This document shows, one piece after another, positions 25,579 through 38,109 of a DNA stretch of 64,000 nucleotides. Position 1 is the first letter of the stretch. The number at the start of each line of letters is the position of its first letter. The position numbers and the translations under genes are program-made. This DNA is from Fistulifera solaris (Eukaryota). The DNA lies in the NCBI GenBank assembly GCA_030295235.1, contig AP026148.1, forward strand, positions 248,001 through 312,000, given 5' to 3'. Under the pieces are notes generated by a model. The model had not been told where the DNA came from. It searched no databases and saw only the letters and a list, made by a program, of their open reading frames with translations.

Positions 25579-25617
25579 ACCCGACACCCGACACCCGACA
25601 CCCGACACCCGACACCC
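25579..25617. repeat. (ACCCGAC)5.5 heptamer tandem repeat
   Basis: Read directly from the sequence. Confidence 0.95.
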
Positions 25618-26240
25618 CGCAGACACTACGACGTACGACGTTAGAGTTCTGTCGCTGGAACGAACACTACTTGTTGATGGATAGAAAAACACTCCTGATT
25701 CAGACGGAAAGAACATGGCACCAAAATTCTTCAGGGGTACATAATATTATGTGAATGAATAGATGACGTAGGCAGTAGGCAAATATAGTTTATAGTTTAT
25801 GCTTTGACGCTTTGACGGTTTCTCGTTCTTCGTGGCCTTCTGACTAGTGACTGAAGACAAAATCCGAACTCTTGGATCTTAGAATGTTCAACGTCATATC
25901 AATCCAAAACATAGCCAGTCTAACTCTAGGTCACCAACCTGTGAATCATGAATAAGTAGTATCCTACAACTCCCGTTGTACATAGCAATGATAATCATTG
26001 TGCCTACCTGCACGGTTTATCTTACAGGTAGAGCTGCAATACGAGCAATTGTACATCGCACCAACTTTTCTTAGCAAACCGTAGCTTTGTCTTTCTTGGT
26101 TGGTTCGTTTTTGAACGCTTTTTAAGCTTGATCATGAAGAAGCTTCCAAGCTTTTTACGCAATCTTTGTAATCAATTCATTCTTTGACAGGATTCAAGAT
26201 AATAGTGTATTGGCGCGCTTTGTTATTGCAGCAAAAATAT

Positions 26241-27888
26241 CTACTTTCCGATGCAAAAATCGGTAAACAGCTTGTCAAGAACGTCTTCGACGTCGACAGC
26301 CCCAGTGATTCGACCAAGCTCGGAAGCGGCCAGTCGCAACTCTTCGGCTGCCATGTCCACCGCGATAGTCCCTTGTCGGCTTAAAAAGTCAAACCGGTTC
26401 AAGGCATCCACCGCAGAACGGGCATGCTGCCTGTGCCGGGCACGAGTGATCAGCGCCCCTTCACCAGGATATCGAGACGAGCTACTCGGTTCTGTTCCCG
26501 ACACTCGGGACAACACAAGACTTGTCAGACTCTCTAAGAAATGGTCAATGCCCTCTTGCGTGACGCAACTAATGTCAAAAATGCCAGCAAGATCATTTGT
26601 AGTAGCTGGATCCAAAGAGGTTCTGCCATCGGAAAGGAGGTCGTATTTATTGCGGACCAGGAGTACTGATTCCGGCGTGAGACTTCCAACACCCGAAACG
26701 CCAATATCGTCATCGTTGTCGTCATCCCCCTCTTCGGAACGGATGCATTCTGTCAAAACGCGGTTCAGGATATTGATTCCTGCCTGATAGTCAGTCGAAT
26801 CGACCATTGAAACAATCAGATCAGCTTGAGAGGCCGCAGCAAAAGCTCGTTTCATTCCTTCCCGTTCTATAGTATCTTCTGTTTCTGTTCTGACCCCAGC
26901 CGTATCCTGAAGAATGCATTTAACACCACCCAAATTGAGCGTAAGTTCTAGTACATCTCGAGTGGTACCAGGTGTATCTGAAACAATTGCAGCATCCCGT
27001 TGGGCGAGAACATTGAAAAGTGACGACTTTCCAGCATTTGGCGGACCGAGAATTGATATTCGCACTCCCTCGCGAACTAACTCACCACGTCGCTGGTCCG
27101 ACAGTTGAACTTCCATTTCTTTACACAATGACTGCATTTGATCAATTACCCCACCCCAAACGGATTCTTGTTGCAACCGGCGCCCCACTTCTGGATCCTC
27201 AAAGTCATCATCACCAAATCGTTCGTCGTCTCCAAAATCAATCACAGCTTCGGCATGCGCCAAGCCCGCAATCAGTTTTTCTCTCCACGACTGGTACGTT
27301 TCCGACAATTTTCCTTCGAGTTGTTGGAGAGCTTGTAGTCGTTGTGTATTCGTATCCGCCGTCAGCAAATCGGCCAGCGCTTCTACTTGCAACACATCCA
27401 TCTTACCATTGCGCCAAGCTCGTTGGGTGAATTCTCCGGCTTCCGCATACCTCGCAAGCTTGCTCGAATCACTGATCGCTTCCAAAACACCTTGCACGAC
27501 TGCACGGCTGCCGTGGCAATGGAGTTCGACGACATCTTCTCCGGTAAAGGAGTTGGGGCCGGGGAAATAGAGAACTAGAGCCTGATCGAGCGGTTGCTCT
27601 TTGTAATATAATTTTCGCAATGCCGCATAACGAGGCTTGGGTAACAGAGTTCCAGGAGTAGTGAGACTCTGAAGAATGGCAGGTGCTTGTGTCCCTGAGA
27701 TCCGAATGATCGCAACGGCCGTTGCTTGTGCGGCAGAACCACCGGATGAGAGCGCAAAGATCGTATCATCTTCCATCAGATCGTTATTGATTGTCGAATA
27801 CAGCCGCGAAAGTATTCTAGCTCTTGGAACAAAAGACGTTTGTCGACGAGTCAGTTGAAAGGCGTACACTTGTCGACGGAAGAGGCAT
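26241..27888 (-). CDS. mnmE: tRNA modification GTPase MnmE/TrmE (mitochondrial GTPBP3/MSS1-like)
   Basis: DTIFALSS, PNSFTGEDVVELHCHG, GPPNAGKSS, GTTRD, DTAG, NKYD and terminal FCIGK. ATG at 27888 gives an MLFRRQ-type presequence if one indel is corrected. Confidence 0.95.
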
Positions 27889-28670
27889 GATAGTAAAAAA
27901 AACAGTCATGATTTGATGAAGTGAAATCATTGGATTTGCAAGATTCTGTCTCATTCGCCTCTTGCAATTGCTCTACCGCTCGTTGAGATAACGTACAAAG
28001 ACCTTTTAAACCATTCGGTGTTTTTGTAGTGTTGGGAATGAGGCAACAGAAGCATTGCGTTTCATCATGGTGACAAAGAAAAAAAAAGCGGATGGATGCG
28101 AGCGCGGTGGGACAAATTTTCGTGGTCCGTAGTTCATCCGCAACCATCATTCAAAGCACGCCCGTTCCCCTTGACCGCATTACACCTTCCAAACCAACTC
28201 AATACTACCAACATCATCAACGATATACCGACAATTGATCTTTTCTTCTTTTGAATCTTCTCTCATCTTTGCGGATCAATACAGGCGAACGGCATCGTTC
28301 TCCTAGATTTTACGGGACTGAATCTCTTTTCAGTCACAGGGGGAAGGTACCGTACCGGTCGTCTCCACCATAATCTAAATTGTCTTACCTACTACTGTAC
28401 CCAATTGAGAGAGGTCATCCTACTAGGAAAATTCTTCGAAGGAAAACATCGCTAAAAAAAGAGTCCCGTATAGATAAAGACTGTAGTGATATCTTATAAA
28501 GTGTAGTTTCAAAATAGCAAAACGCCGATGCGAAAGAGGCACCACAAAAGAAACAACAATAAAGTAGGCAATCGAGAGAGAGACCATGAAGGAGAATCGA
28601 GGAACGCAATAAGTGTACTAAAAAAGAGCAAAAAATAGAAATAGAACCGACCCGGATCGCGTAAGAAGAA

Positions 28671-30429
28671 ATGCAGCCTTCGTCGAGATGGGTCAGTTTG
28701 AAAAGACGCACGCGTGTTGGGTTGCGAATGGTGGAGATGCGAAGGAGGACGAACCGATACGAGCGAATTGCATTGCCAAATAACCGAAAATCACAATCGA
28801 CCGGTACTTCGCTATCCAAATGGTGATATGTATTTGGGGGGATGGGCCAAATGCCGGTCGGGTGTCGACAAGCCGCAAGGGTTTGGTGTTTTCCTATCGT
28901 TTGATTTAATTATTCTGGTGGGACAATGGGACGAAGGGCATTTGGAGGGATACGCGAGGCAATTGTGGCTTCCGCAATCAAATATATGGAGGAATAATTA
29001 CGATCCATTATCATGTATCAAAACGGACAATGGGGTCGGTCTGCCATTTCTTTATTTTGGGAATTTTAACAGTTCGAAACGAAACGACGTGAGGGCCACT
29101 GTCGTTTTAAAGGACGGCACGACACGAATAGGTCCATGGAAGAACGATTTACCAGTTGGAGACTGGTGGCAAGATCATACAAGTACCCGAACGCCTATTT
29201 GGGAGATAAAACGATTACTGGCGTTCACATCGTCCGATGACACCCGACCCCGCGAGAATTTGCCATTGTACAACGACGACGTGGACACTCAAGCCGCTCA
29301 AGATGGAGGATTTCCATTAATTCAATCAAGAAGCTCTACTCACAACAATATGCCTCCGATTTCCGTGGTGATTGTACCTGTTAATACACCAAGGAGCTGT
29401 CTTCGGCATGCGGTCAGTCCGATGGAAAGTTTCTCGCACTACAAATATTCAGGACGTAATTCCACGCAGATCCCAACATCTTCTTTACGATCATCTCCGG
29501 CCGGTCGTCTTGCTATTCGTACTACTGCTGCACCACCAACCAACACTTTTTTTCGCGAATCACCAATAGGACGTGTCACCATTCCTTCTTCTCGGTTCAA
29601 TTCACCAACCGCATTCTCTAATCGCCATTCCATATCCGACGAGTTGACCCTTTCCAAACCAACAAAGCAAAATGAACAAGTCTTTTCCACAGGGGATAAT
29701 AGAACATTGCAATCCAAACAACGAAAAGGAAAAATTGGACCCAAGCGGTTGGAAGTAATGTTACGCCACAAATTGGAAGCCACGTTTTCGGATGCGGCGA
29801 GTAATATGTCCATTCACGGTGAAGACAATGGTCCGTGGATGATTCCGAAAGAGCCATTCCAACCACCAACTCATGTAGTAACACACGAGAGCCGAGATAC
29901 GTTTTCCACACGACGGGACGCCTATTGTGATTTCGACACTAGCGCACCCACGCTTTCCAATATTGCCGTGGATGGATTAGGAACCGATTATTTACGAGAC
30001 CGAATCGCGATTCTGTCTTCGGACGAGCGTGATTTGGAATTTGCCGAGATTGATGTACAAGATGATGCATTGTTTACAATTTCCAATCTAGATGAGGATG
30101 AATCGGTGAAAGAAGAACCGGCGCAGTGTTGTGCTGCCCCGTACCTTAACTGTCGTCCACAAATGAACAACAACAACCAGGACGATGAATCCGAACAGAT
30201 GGCTTCCCTGAGTTCCAAGATCAACATTAGTCCTTCTCATATTGTTATGGGATACGGGGGTGAAGTATTCGACTTTACCGTCACTCCCTCGAATCATCAT
30301 CGTAGTGATGAGGAGAAACCATTCGAAAATGAAGGATTGGTGGAATTAGAAACCATGTCTTCTTTAAAGAGTATGACGCTGGCGAATTCACAGAAATCAT
30401 CCTCTTGGTTTGGGTGGCTTGGAAGTTGA
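28671..30429 (+). CDS. MORN-repeat-like protein with long disordered C-terminus
   Basis: YPNGDMYLGGW, GFGVF, GQWDEG, YFGNF and GPWKND. Probable ATG at 28671 with an indel near 28714. Confidence 0.65.
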
Positions 30430-30929
30430 TGATCATTGCAGCCTAGATCATTGCAGCCTTTCTAGCTTTGATCGGGTAGTTTTTTCTCTCGACCTCGTTC
30501 CGAGGATTCGGTGATCCACGAATAGTCAAGGCAGCCGTCGAATCCAAATAGAGTGCAAGCGTTCGACGAATAAGCTGTAAGACTATCCTTCCTGTGGACA
30601 AGAATATTATTCAAGAAGCAGTTTAATTAACCTATCCGTGACCCGAATCCTTCACTCGACACGTCTGTCCGTGCGCTTGCAATGAGATGGGTCCATTGAC
30701 GTGGCATGCGCGTCTCCGCGGCTTTTTCGACCGTTTGATGTTTTGGTGGGCGTTTCTCCGATTGCCGAAAGTTTGCAACTAAACGAGAGAGTCATTGCAT
30801 CAACAATAGGAAGAGAAATTAAAGCAAGACTTATAATAAAAGACATCGCTAATAGATATATTCATCCCATTATGCTGGTATTTTTGCAAACGAAGTAGGA
30901 ACTGTGCTCATTCATTATCTTTCATCAAA

Positions 30930-32603
30930 ATGAGAAGACTGGTGTTTCTTCTTTCGCTCGTGCTCGCCACGAGCACTTCGATTGCCTGGATCGAGAAGAT
31001 CCGACAACACGACATGCATTCTCCTTTTTCAAAATGGACGGCATCCGTCTTGAATTCGACAAGAGCTGGAGATCCTTCGGCGGCAGGTTTTCCCAAAAGC
31101 AAGGAGGAATACACATTCCTCGAAACGGCTTTACTCAACAATGTCCTCTTTACCAATCTTCCCAACTCGTCACTGGTTTCCTTGATTGATGCCTTTGAAT
31201 GCGTGACGGTACCACAACATCACGTTCTCGTACAACAGGGAGAACATGCTTCGACCGCCGCCTTTGTCTTTGTCTTGGCCTCAGGATTGTGTACCGTTAC
31301 AGTCGATGGGAACGTCGTTCCGGAGCCCTATGGGACGTTAACTCCCGGAAGTATTGTAGGAGAATTGGGTGTATTGTTCAATACAACCCGCGCGGCAACG
31401 ATTACCGCCAAAACTGAAACAGTCACGTTGTACCGTGTCGATGCCGATACCTTCAAACGCGTCCTCAATCGAGTCATTCCTCCGGCTGATCAAAGCGACT
31501 TGTTTGCGACCATTGATGAAGCCATTAAACAGGTAGCGGGGACCAAAACATTGTACGGCGGTGACATCATACGACAATACGTTCCTTCTCGGTATTGGCT
31601 CTGGACACGGTGGGCGGGGACCATCTTGCAATACAACATTAAGACAACGTTGTTCAATATGCTCTTTTCCTTTGGTTTCATACTCCTCGCACGTCGTATC
31701 ACCAACGATCAGCCTCCGTTTCACATGGGTTTGAGTCCCAACAAGACGCATCCGTTCATTGAGCGATTGACGATTGTTCACAAGCTATGGAGCTATCAGA
31801 TGTCCTTGACGACTTTTATCTTGACATTTTTTCTAAATCAGTCCTTTGGTTTTTGGCAAGAAATCTATTCCATTGCACGACGCATTCAAGGTCGATTAAA
31901 TGATTTTCATGTTCTCTTGGCGACGCACGCGACACGGGAGGAAGATTATTCGTATACACCGGCGGCCGAAAAAATGATGGACGACATTGGAGCCTACAGT
32001 CGTCTGTTCCACATTTTATTCTGGGCGTCCTTGTCGCGACGATTTCAAGTCCTTCGGACGCCACGGGGACTGGAACGATTGGCGAGTAGAGGTTTAATGA
32101 CCAGTCAACAACTCAAGATTCTCAACAATTTGGATTTGCCCGAGAATCAAAAGCACAATGCGTGTCTAGAATGGATGATGACGCGAGCATTGAAAGGCAT
32201 GAAAGATGGCGGGCTACGTGATGATATGGCCTTGCAGTGGCATTTGATTGATCAGCTATGTGTTTTGCGTGCTACCTATGCGGGGATCAACGATAAGCTT
32301 ACGTGCCGTATGCCCTTGGCGTATACGCACTTTGTGCAAATTTTGGTCGATACATTCTGCTTGCTGTCGCCGCTGGCGCTGTATGCTGATTTGGGAGCGT
32401 ATTCCATCTTTTGTGTCGGCATCTTGACATTGTTCTATACAGGTTTGTTGGATTTAGCCAAGATTTTCCTGGATCCTTTGAACAACGAGAAATTCACCAA
32501 GAATTCCATTTACATGGATATTGGGGTCCTCATCCGAGAGTCGAATGCTGGGTCCGTTCGCTGGAAGAATGCTGGCGCACAACTCCCCCTTTTGAGAGTT
32601 TAA
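30930..32603 (+). CDS. Cyclic-nucleotide-binding domain-bestrophin fusion with signal peptide
   Basis: cNMP domain (VQQGE, GELGVLFNTTRAATI). Bestrophin features LTTFILTFFLNQSF, RMPLAYTHFV and GLLDLAKIFLDPL. Confidence 0.88.
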   Translation: MRRLVFLLSLVLATSTSIAWIEKIRQHDMHSPFSKWTASVLNSTRAGDPSAAGFPKSKEEYTFLETALLNNVLFTNLPNSSLVSLIDAFECVTVPQHHVLVQQGEHASTAAFVFVLASGLCTVTVDGNVVPEPYGTLTPGSIVGELGVLFNTTRAATITAKTETVTLYRVDADTFKRVLNRVIPPADQSDLFATIDEAIKQVAGTKTLYGGDIIRQYVPSRYWLWTRWAGTILQYNIKTTLFNMLFSFGFILLARRITNDQPPFHMGLSPNKTHPFIERLTIVHKLWSYQMSLTTFILTFFLNQSFGFWQEIYSIARRIQGRLNDFHVLLATHATREEDYSYTPAAEKMMDDIGAYSRLFHILFWASLSRRFQVLRTPRGLERLASRGLMTSQQLKILNNLDLPENQKHNACLEWMMTRALKGMKDGGLRDDMALQWHLIDQLCVLRATYAGINDKLTCRMPLAYTHFVQILVDTFCLLSPLALYADLGAYSIFCVGILTLFYTGLLDLAKIFLDPLNNEKFTKNSIYMDIGVLIRESNAGSVRWKNAGAQLPLLRV

Positions 32604-32705
32604 TATTCACACTACTCCTATGAATAATGGAGAATTGATATTATAATAGAGACGAATAGAGACCTTTTGAAAGTTTAGCTCATTTTTACGTAATGTGGGT
32701 TTTAC

Positions 32706-34638
32706 TCAGAGAATAGCGGTAAAAATGTCCCCGACGTCCTCTTTCTTTCCCGAAATGAAAACCTCTCTCTCCGATTCCTTGGCGTTTTCACCGTTTAACA
32801 GGTCCGGATGATCCTTGTCACCTTTCGCGACCTTGTAGTGATCCCCTGTCTCTTGCACAATGCGATGCTTGACAGCTTCTGACATACCCGGCTCCACGGC
32901 CTGGCATCCACACACAGGCTCGTCGTTCTTCGGTACGATGGTGTAAAAATCTCGAAACCGCGCAAACAGTGTTCCAAACAAACTTTGCCACTTGCCATGA
33001 ACTGTATTTCCTGTGTTGACACCAAACAGCGTGACATAATCGATGGCAGCATCCGGACCTTTCTCCTGATATAGTTCGAGGGCAATTCGATCCACTTGCT
33101 TCACTTTTTCTGATAAATCTGCTTGTAAATCGTCAATTTCTTGACGCAAAACAGGATACACATCCGCATAACGACTGTAGCACCAATTCGATACGAGATT
33201 CTGTACCCAAAATGCCTTGCTCCAATCCATTTGCAACAAGGACGTGGTAACACCGTCTTGGGAACCTTTCCCTGCAAACGGTTCAGCAATCTTGCGACTG
33301 CTTCCGTAAACAGGAACACGCGGCGCCGTACTCGAGTCGTCCATGGCATACCACGAAACGACCGCCAGTTCTGTTGGAATTGTGTCAGAAGACGATGCAT
33401 AGTCGGGGTGACTGTTACGACGGTCATAACTTACCTCGTGGCATGTGGGGTCGAATCTCGGCCACAAACGACCATCCCGTCTTGGCCGTGGCAATCGAAC
33501 GCTCGTTGTGATATTGCGTGGTGGACTTTGACTGTTTTTCCTTAGATCGCAGCATCGGATCCTCTTCATTATTATTTTGTGTTGACTCTTCCAACGACCA
33601 CACCAAAGGTCGGGGACGATAGGGTGACGCAAACAATCCCGAACCCACATCTTGACTGGCATCCATCACCGTATTTTCATAATGCGATGTCATGAGATGC
33701 ATGACATCCTCCTTGGTCAATTTGTGTTTGGTTTGCATGTAGAGGGGCATACGCAGCTCCAAATTATTTCCCAAGGCATAGTCTTGATATTGTTGCGCAA
33801 ACTGGGGATCTGAAGAGATTTGCGAAAAGATGGACCATACCCGGGCTTCGCCCTGTCGTGCCCCAATGAAATCCAAAGGATCGTAAACGTCCGCAAAGGA
33901 AAAGGCCAGAGGATCTGCCTCCGCATCGTACAATCCGTAGTGGACCGCTACCTCCACAACATCTTCGGAATACAAGCAATTTTCGGGATCCTGACGTGGA
34001 AAGGTGGTAATGCGGGCTTGATTGGCGTGTGCGGCCACCATCCCATCCGGAATGCGTTGGGCAACCCAGACGGCACCGAGTTTCCGCTCACCGGTTTTGT
34101 CGTCAATAATATCATTCCCCCGTCCTATGACTTCCATCATCCACATTTGTCCGGTGGCATCCGCCAAGGAAAAAGATTCCCCCGCCGAAGCATACCCGTA
34201 CGTATCCATAAGATGAACCATCGTGTGAATGGCTTCTTTCACGGTTTTGGCGCGTTGCAAGGTCAACCAAATCAAGGATCCATAATCGATTTTGGCGTCA
34301 GTTTGATTGTACGCTAGTACGCGGACTCCTCCAAAGGTCGATTCGCCAATGACTAATCCGTATTCATTCGAATTTCCTACGACATTGTACGTCTCTTTAC
34401 TTTCCTCGGGTATTTGTCCTAAATAAATGCCCGAATCCCAATCGTAAATGGAACGCATTTTCGTTTCGTCATCATTATTATAAGGAGGATAATGATAAAT
34501 GGAGCCAAACAAGGTGGGAGAATCGGCATTGTAAGCCATCATGGCCGATCCTTCGACGGACGCCCCCGGTGTCACTAAAATGTCGGTACATGCACGTGCG
34601 GTGGTAGTAACGAAGAGAGCCGTAAGAATCTTCTTCAT
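32706..34638 (-). CDS. Peptidase family C69 (dipeptidase/secernin-like), 2 exons
   Basis: Signal peptide then catalytic ACT; NEYGLVIGESTFGG, GESFSLAD and HANQARI. Intron 33434-33371. Confidence 0.9.
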
Positions 34639-35014
34639 TCTATATTGTATGGAGAGTTTTGTATGAAAGAAATCGACTTGTATCCGTAGTATAAAAGGAG
34701 AGACTCGAATGAATGAAATAAATGGTCGTTCTTCTTTAGTTGTTTGCCTTTTTTTTTTGTTCTTTTCTTTCATTCTGCGCTATTTCCGTCAGTGTCACAC
34801 AGCGACTTCACATGTTCATGCAGATCGTGACTGCGTGCAGACTCTCTAATGAGTCATGAATGCTTCGTCAGCAAACGTTGTCGCCGCCTTTCAAAACCAT
34901 TTGCGGCGGTGATTTTTTGCTTTCATTCACTTTCATGATTCACTTCGCTGTTCTGCTGTATACATCCCTTTTGTTTTCCTTTTTTCTTCGTCACAATAAA
35001 TCAAAAAAGAAATA

Positions 35015-36348
35015 ATGACATTACTACTGTACGATTTGTGGTTGTCGATCGAACAATATGGCGATACGACGCGCAATTGGTACAATCATCGCCGTTACGA
35101 AGCCTCGTTGGCCCGTCGGGTGGAAGGATTCACCGAGGAGTTGCCTTCGTCGAAGGATGATAATGATGATAATGATAATGACACGGATGTTCCTTCTCCT
35201 TCTTCTTCTCCTTCTTCTTTACTGAGAATTCTACAATTCCAACCGGCGTGGGAAGAACAACTCTTGTTGCGCCTGGCTGCTTTGCCGCATACGGTCTGGA
35301 ATTCATCGTATGCTGTCACGGAAGCGGTGGGCCCGTTACCGGCTTTGCAAGATTTGTCACGAGCGGCCATGATGGGACGGTCCAGTACGATTAGTAGTAC
35401 TAGTAGTAATACCAGCAACAAAAGTCCCATTATCGAGTATCTGGAACGCTATCATGGTCTCGTTCTCGATCATCAACACGACGACATTCCCATATATCTA
35501 TCACTGGTACAAAGGAACTAGAGCCCTGTCGTATCACTCTGTTGTGTCAAGACGAGGAATGGAATTCTGTCTATAAACAGCGTTGTATACAAGCGGGTGG
35601 AGGACGACTCTCGCAATGGCAAGCCCGGAGTTACCGTCGGTTTCTGAAATATCAACAAAGTTACACGGATCGTCACATGACCACGACCACGGCCGTCGAA
35701 CGAGTCCGACACGTCTATGCACTTTTCGAACACAAACGGTCGTCATCATTGTCGTCGTCAAATTCGCGCTGGATTTTGGGAACAACACAACCAACACGAC
35801 TCGATGTGGCTTTGTGGGATCATTTGATGCACGCTTTGACGGACGTTCATTTGGTCATTGTGCTAGCGGAATTTCCTCTCTTGCTCACCTTTGTACAAAA
35901 GGTATGGGACGATTATTTTGCCAATCCGACGGAGGAATGGCAAATAGCAAATGCCTTGCAAAATGCGACCAATCCCTTTGCACAAGTGCCTTCGTTGTTG
36001 TGGTCGCCCCAACGAGAAGAAAAAGAGTTTTTCCGACACGCCGTGGAATTGATGGAACAATTGTCGGTGCAAGATCGGAATTTGATCGAAACGGTCCGTG
36101 TCGCGAAAGAAGCTCGATTGTTGCAAACCAAAGTGGATCCCAATGAAGCCTTTCGTACGTGGCATCGTTGGCGGAAAGGAGGACCGTATTATCCTACTAC
36201 GAATAATAACAATAATGCGCAAGGCAGTGACGAAAAGGTTCGTCGGGAGTATCATCGTAGTGATGAAGCATGGATTGCGAGTATGGCGTTGAGTACGATC
36301 ATGGCAATGTGTGTCTTTGGAGTCATTGGAGGGTCTCGTGAAAAATAA
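35015..36348 (+). CDS. Metaxin/GST-C-like protein with C-terminal membrane anchor, frameshift near 35515
   Basis: WILGTTQPTRLDVALWDHL (GST-C N-capping box) and a C-terminal hydrophobic segment. One added A joins the ORFs. Confidence 0.6.
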
Positions 36349-36765
36349 TGCGGTTAAATGGGGAAGTGTGCATGGATCATTCCAGCTTCGTGTCTTGGCG
36401 AGATCGAAAGCCGTCCGTTATGATGGAAGATAGATGGAATATTGAATGAGAGTCAAAAGCGTGAAGGAAAGACCCCGGTTTTCTGTAAGGTAATGGATTC
36501 GACTAGAGCCACTGTGACGGCGCACGCCCTTTGTTTCATAAAAAAACATTCATCTCACGTACGTTCCTTTTCCTCTTCTTCTCTTTATTATTTATTCATC
36601 TCGAAATCACTTTTCTTCACAAGAAATTGGTTTCTTACGTAGGGTCGATGAGATAGATTCTTCTTCGCAAGTGTCGTCGTGCAGAAACGTAAAAGTTTAG
36701 CGTTTTTTTGCATTTCCCATTCATCATCAGAAGCTGTATTTTTCTCGAGTAAAGTAAAAGCCAAC

Positions 36766-37200
36766 ATGTCGTACGATACACCTGAAGCGTTCCAACCAGT
36801 CCCCGAGTCGAAATTAACACCAGAACTAAAAGCAAAGTTCCGTGCATTGTGGAAAGAGATCTACGAGTTTTGACGATATTTATGGTCGTTACGTCCTGAG
36901 CTTCGATGAGAAGGTCGCAATCTTACACCAGCACATTACGGAAGAGGTCACGTCATCCCATTTTGGCTAGAGCTATTTACAACGAAAGAGTCGTATGGTC
37001 GCTTCTGGGAGTCGCTTGCCAAAGAACTGACATGGATTGTCGGGAGATCATTCAATTTCTCATTGAGAAAAACCCACACGCACTCCTGTTGGCTTCGGAA
37101 GATTCCTTTCGTCGCAGCAAGGCACCCCTTCGCGCGATGGTAAAGAATGCAAATTGCTTGATCTTCCCGTGGATTGCAGAGCATTATCTGTGGGTGCTCT
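36766..37200 (+). pseudogene. Truncated, frameshifted paralog of 38110-39363
   Basis: MSYDTPEAFQPVPESKLT, HPIL, SLLGVAC and NPHALL match the neighbour. Early stop at 36871; homology ends near 37200. Confidence 0.75.
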
Positions 37201-37650
37201 TTATTCCAGCATGCTCTTTATCAACACACACCACCTTATTTGAAAATGATGAATCTCTGATGACTAATGTAGTCATTTTGATGTCTCGTTGGTCGAATGC
37301 AGATACTAAACCACCTCATTAGGCTAGTTACTGCCTGAAAACACTAGTTGCGTTTTCAGTTTTATCCTTTTGAGTGACTCTGTTCATGACTGAAATGCAG
37401 TCATGTGGAAATATTTGTCTATTAAACTTGGACCATGGGCTTGTCGTTTCGATTCATACTTGGACGATCCACACGCATTTAGGAGTGCCTTGCAAATGCT
37501 GCTGACTGCATTGTCTTAAAGAAAAATGCAACACAGCAAGCGTGCACCAAGCACAAAGAGCAGCGATGAACAATAGGATGAAAATCCAACAAATCTAATA
37601 CGAAAGACGAGACCTCCGGTTTATTCGAAGTTCAAGATCTAATTGTAATA

Positions 37651-37806
37651 GCGCGCCGTCTCGGTGTGTATGTCTGTCACGTCCGGCCCCGGTTTCCGGG
37701 TCACGAGTGTGACGCTATTCCAGGGACCAGAGCCCCCGCTTGCGGGAAGGGAAGAACGAAGAAAGCTCCCCGTTGGACTGGACCGGGGCTACACGCCGAA
37801 TGCGGC
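37651..37806 (+). ncRNA. Unassigned GC-rich structured island, candidate ncRNA
   Basis: Several stems with plus-strand G-U pairs and a G(CUUG)C tetraloop. No family recognised. Confidence 0.35.
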
Positions 37807-38109
37807 AGGTAATGAATGATAATGGCCCTGAGAGACACTGTGACACGTGGCAGAAATTTTGAATTTTGACCACAAATAATATACAAACAGGCTCGAGGAT
37901 CACGGCGGCATGGCTCGACGATCACAATGACAATACTGTTACATCTTGACATCTCTTTGTGAATGAATCAGCTTTTTCCTTTATAATGAAGGGAGACAGC
38001 AAGCTTAATTGACAGTCCGGCATTTCACTTTCTTGGTACTACTAAAGCCAAATCGCTGTTGGTTTCTCTCCATTGGTGGCTCGGCATTCCTCGTTTTCTT
38101 TTCAACAAC

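Noticed and set aside
30431..30459. 15-bp tandem duplication GATCATTGCAGCCT(A) after a stop codon
   Set aside because: Isolated slippage event with no further structure.
33820..34317. Long antisense ORFs (also 17748-18287, 26251-26787, 56788-57270)
   Set aside because: They fully overlap well-supported genes on the opposite strand and have no motifs.
37740..37815. U1 snRNA (minus-strand TTACCTG), SRP Alu domain, RNase MRP, HDV ribozyme or cobalamin riboswitch
   Set aside because: Each matches only a short motif. Required partner elements (U1-70K loop, SRP helix 8, MRP spacing, HDV P3/P1.1, B12 box) are missing.
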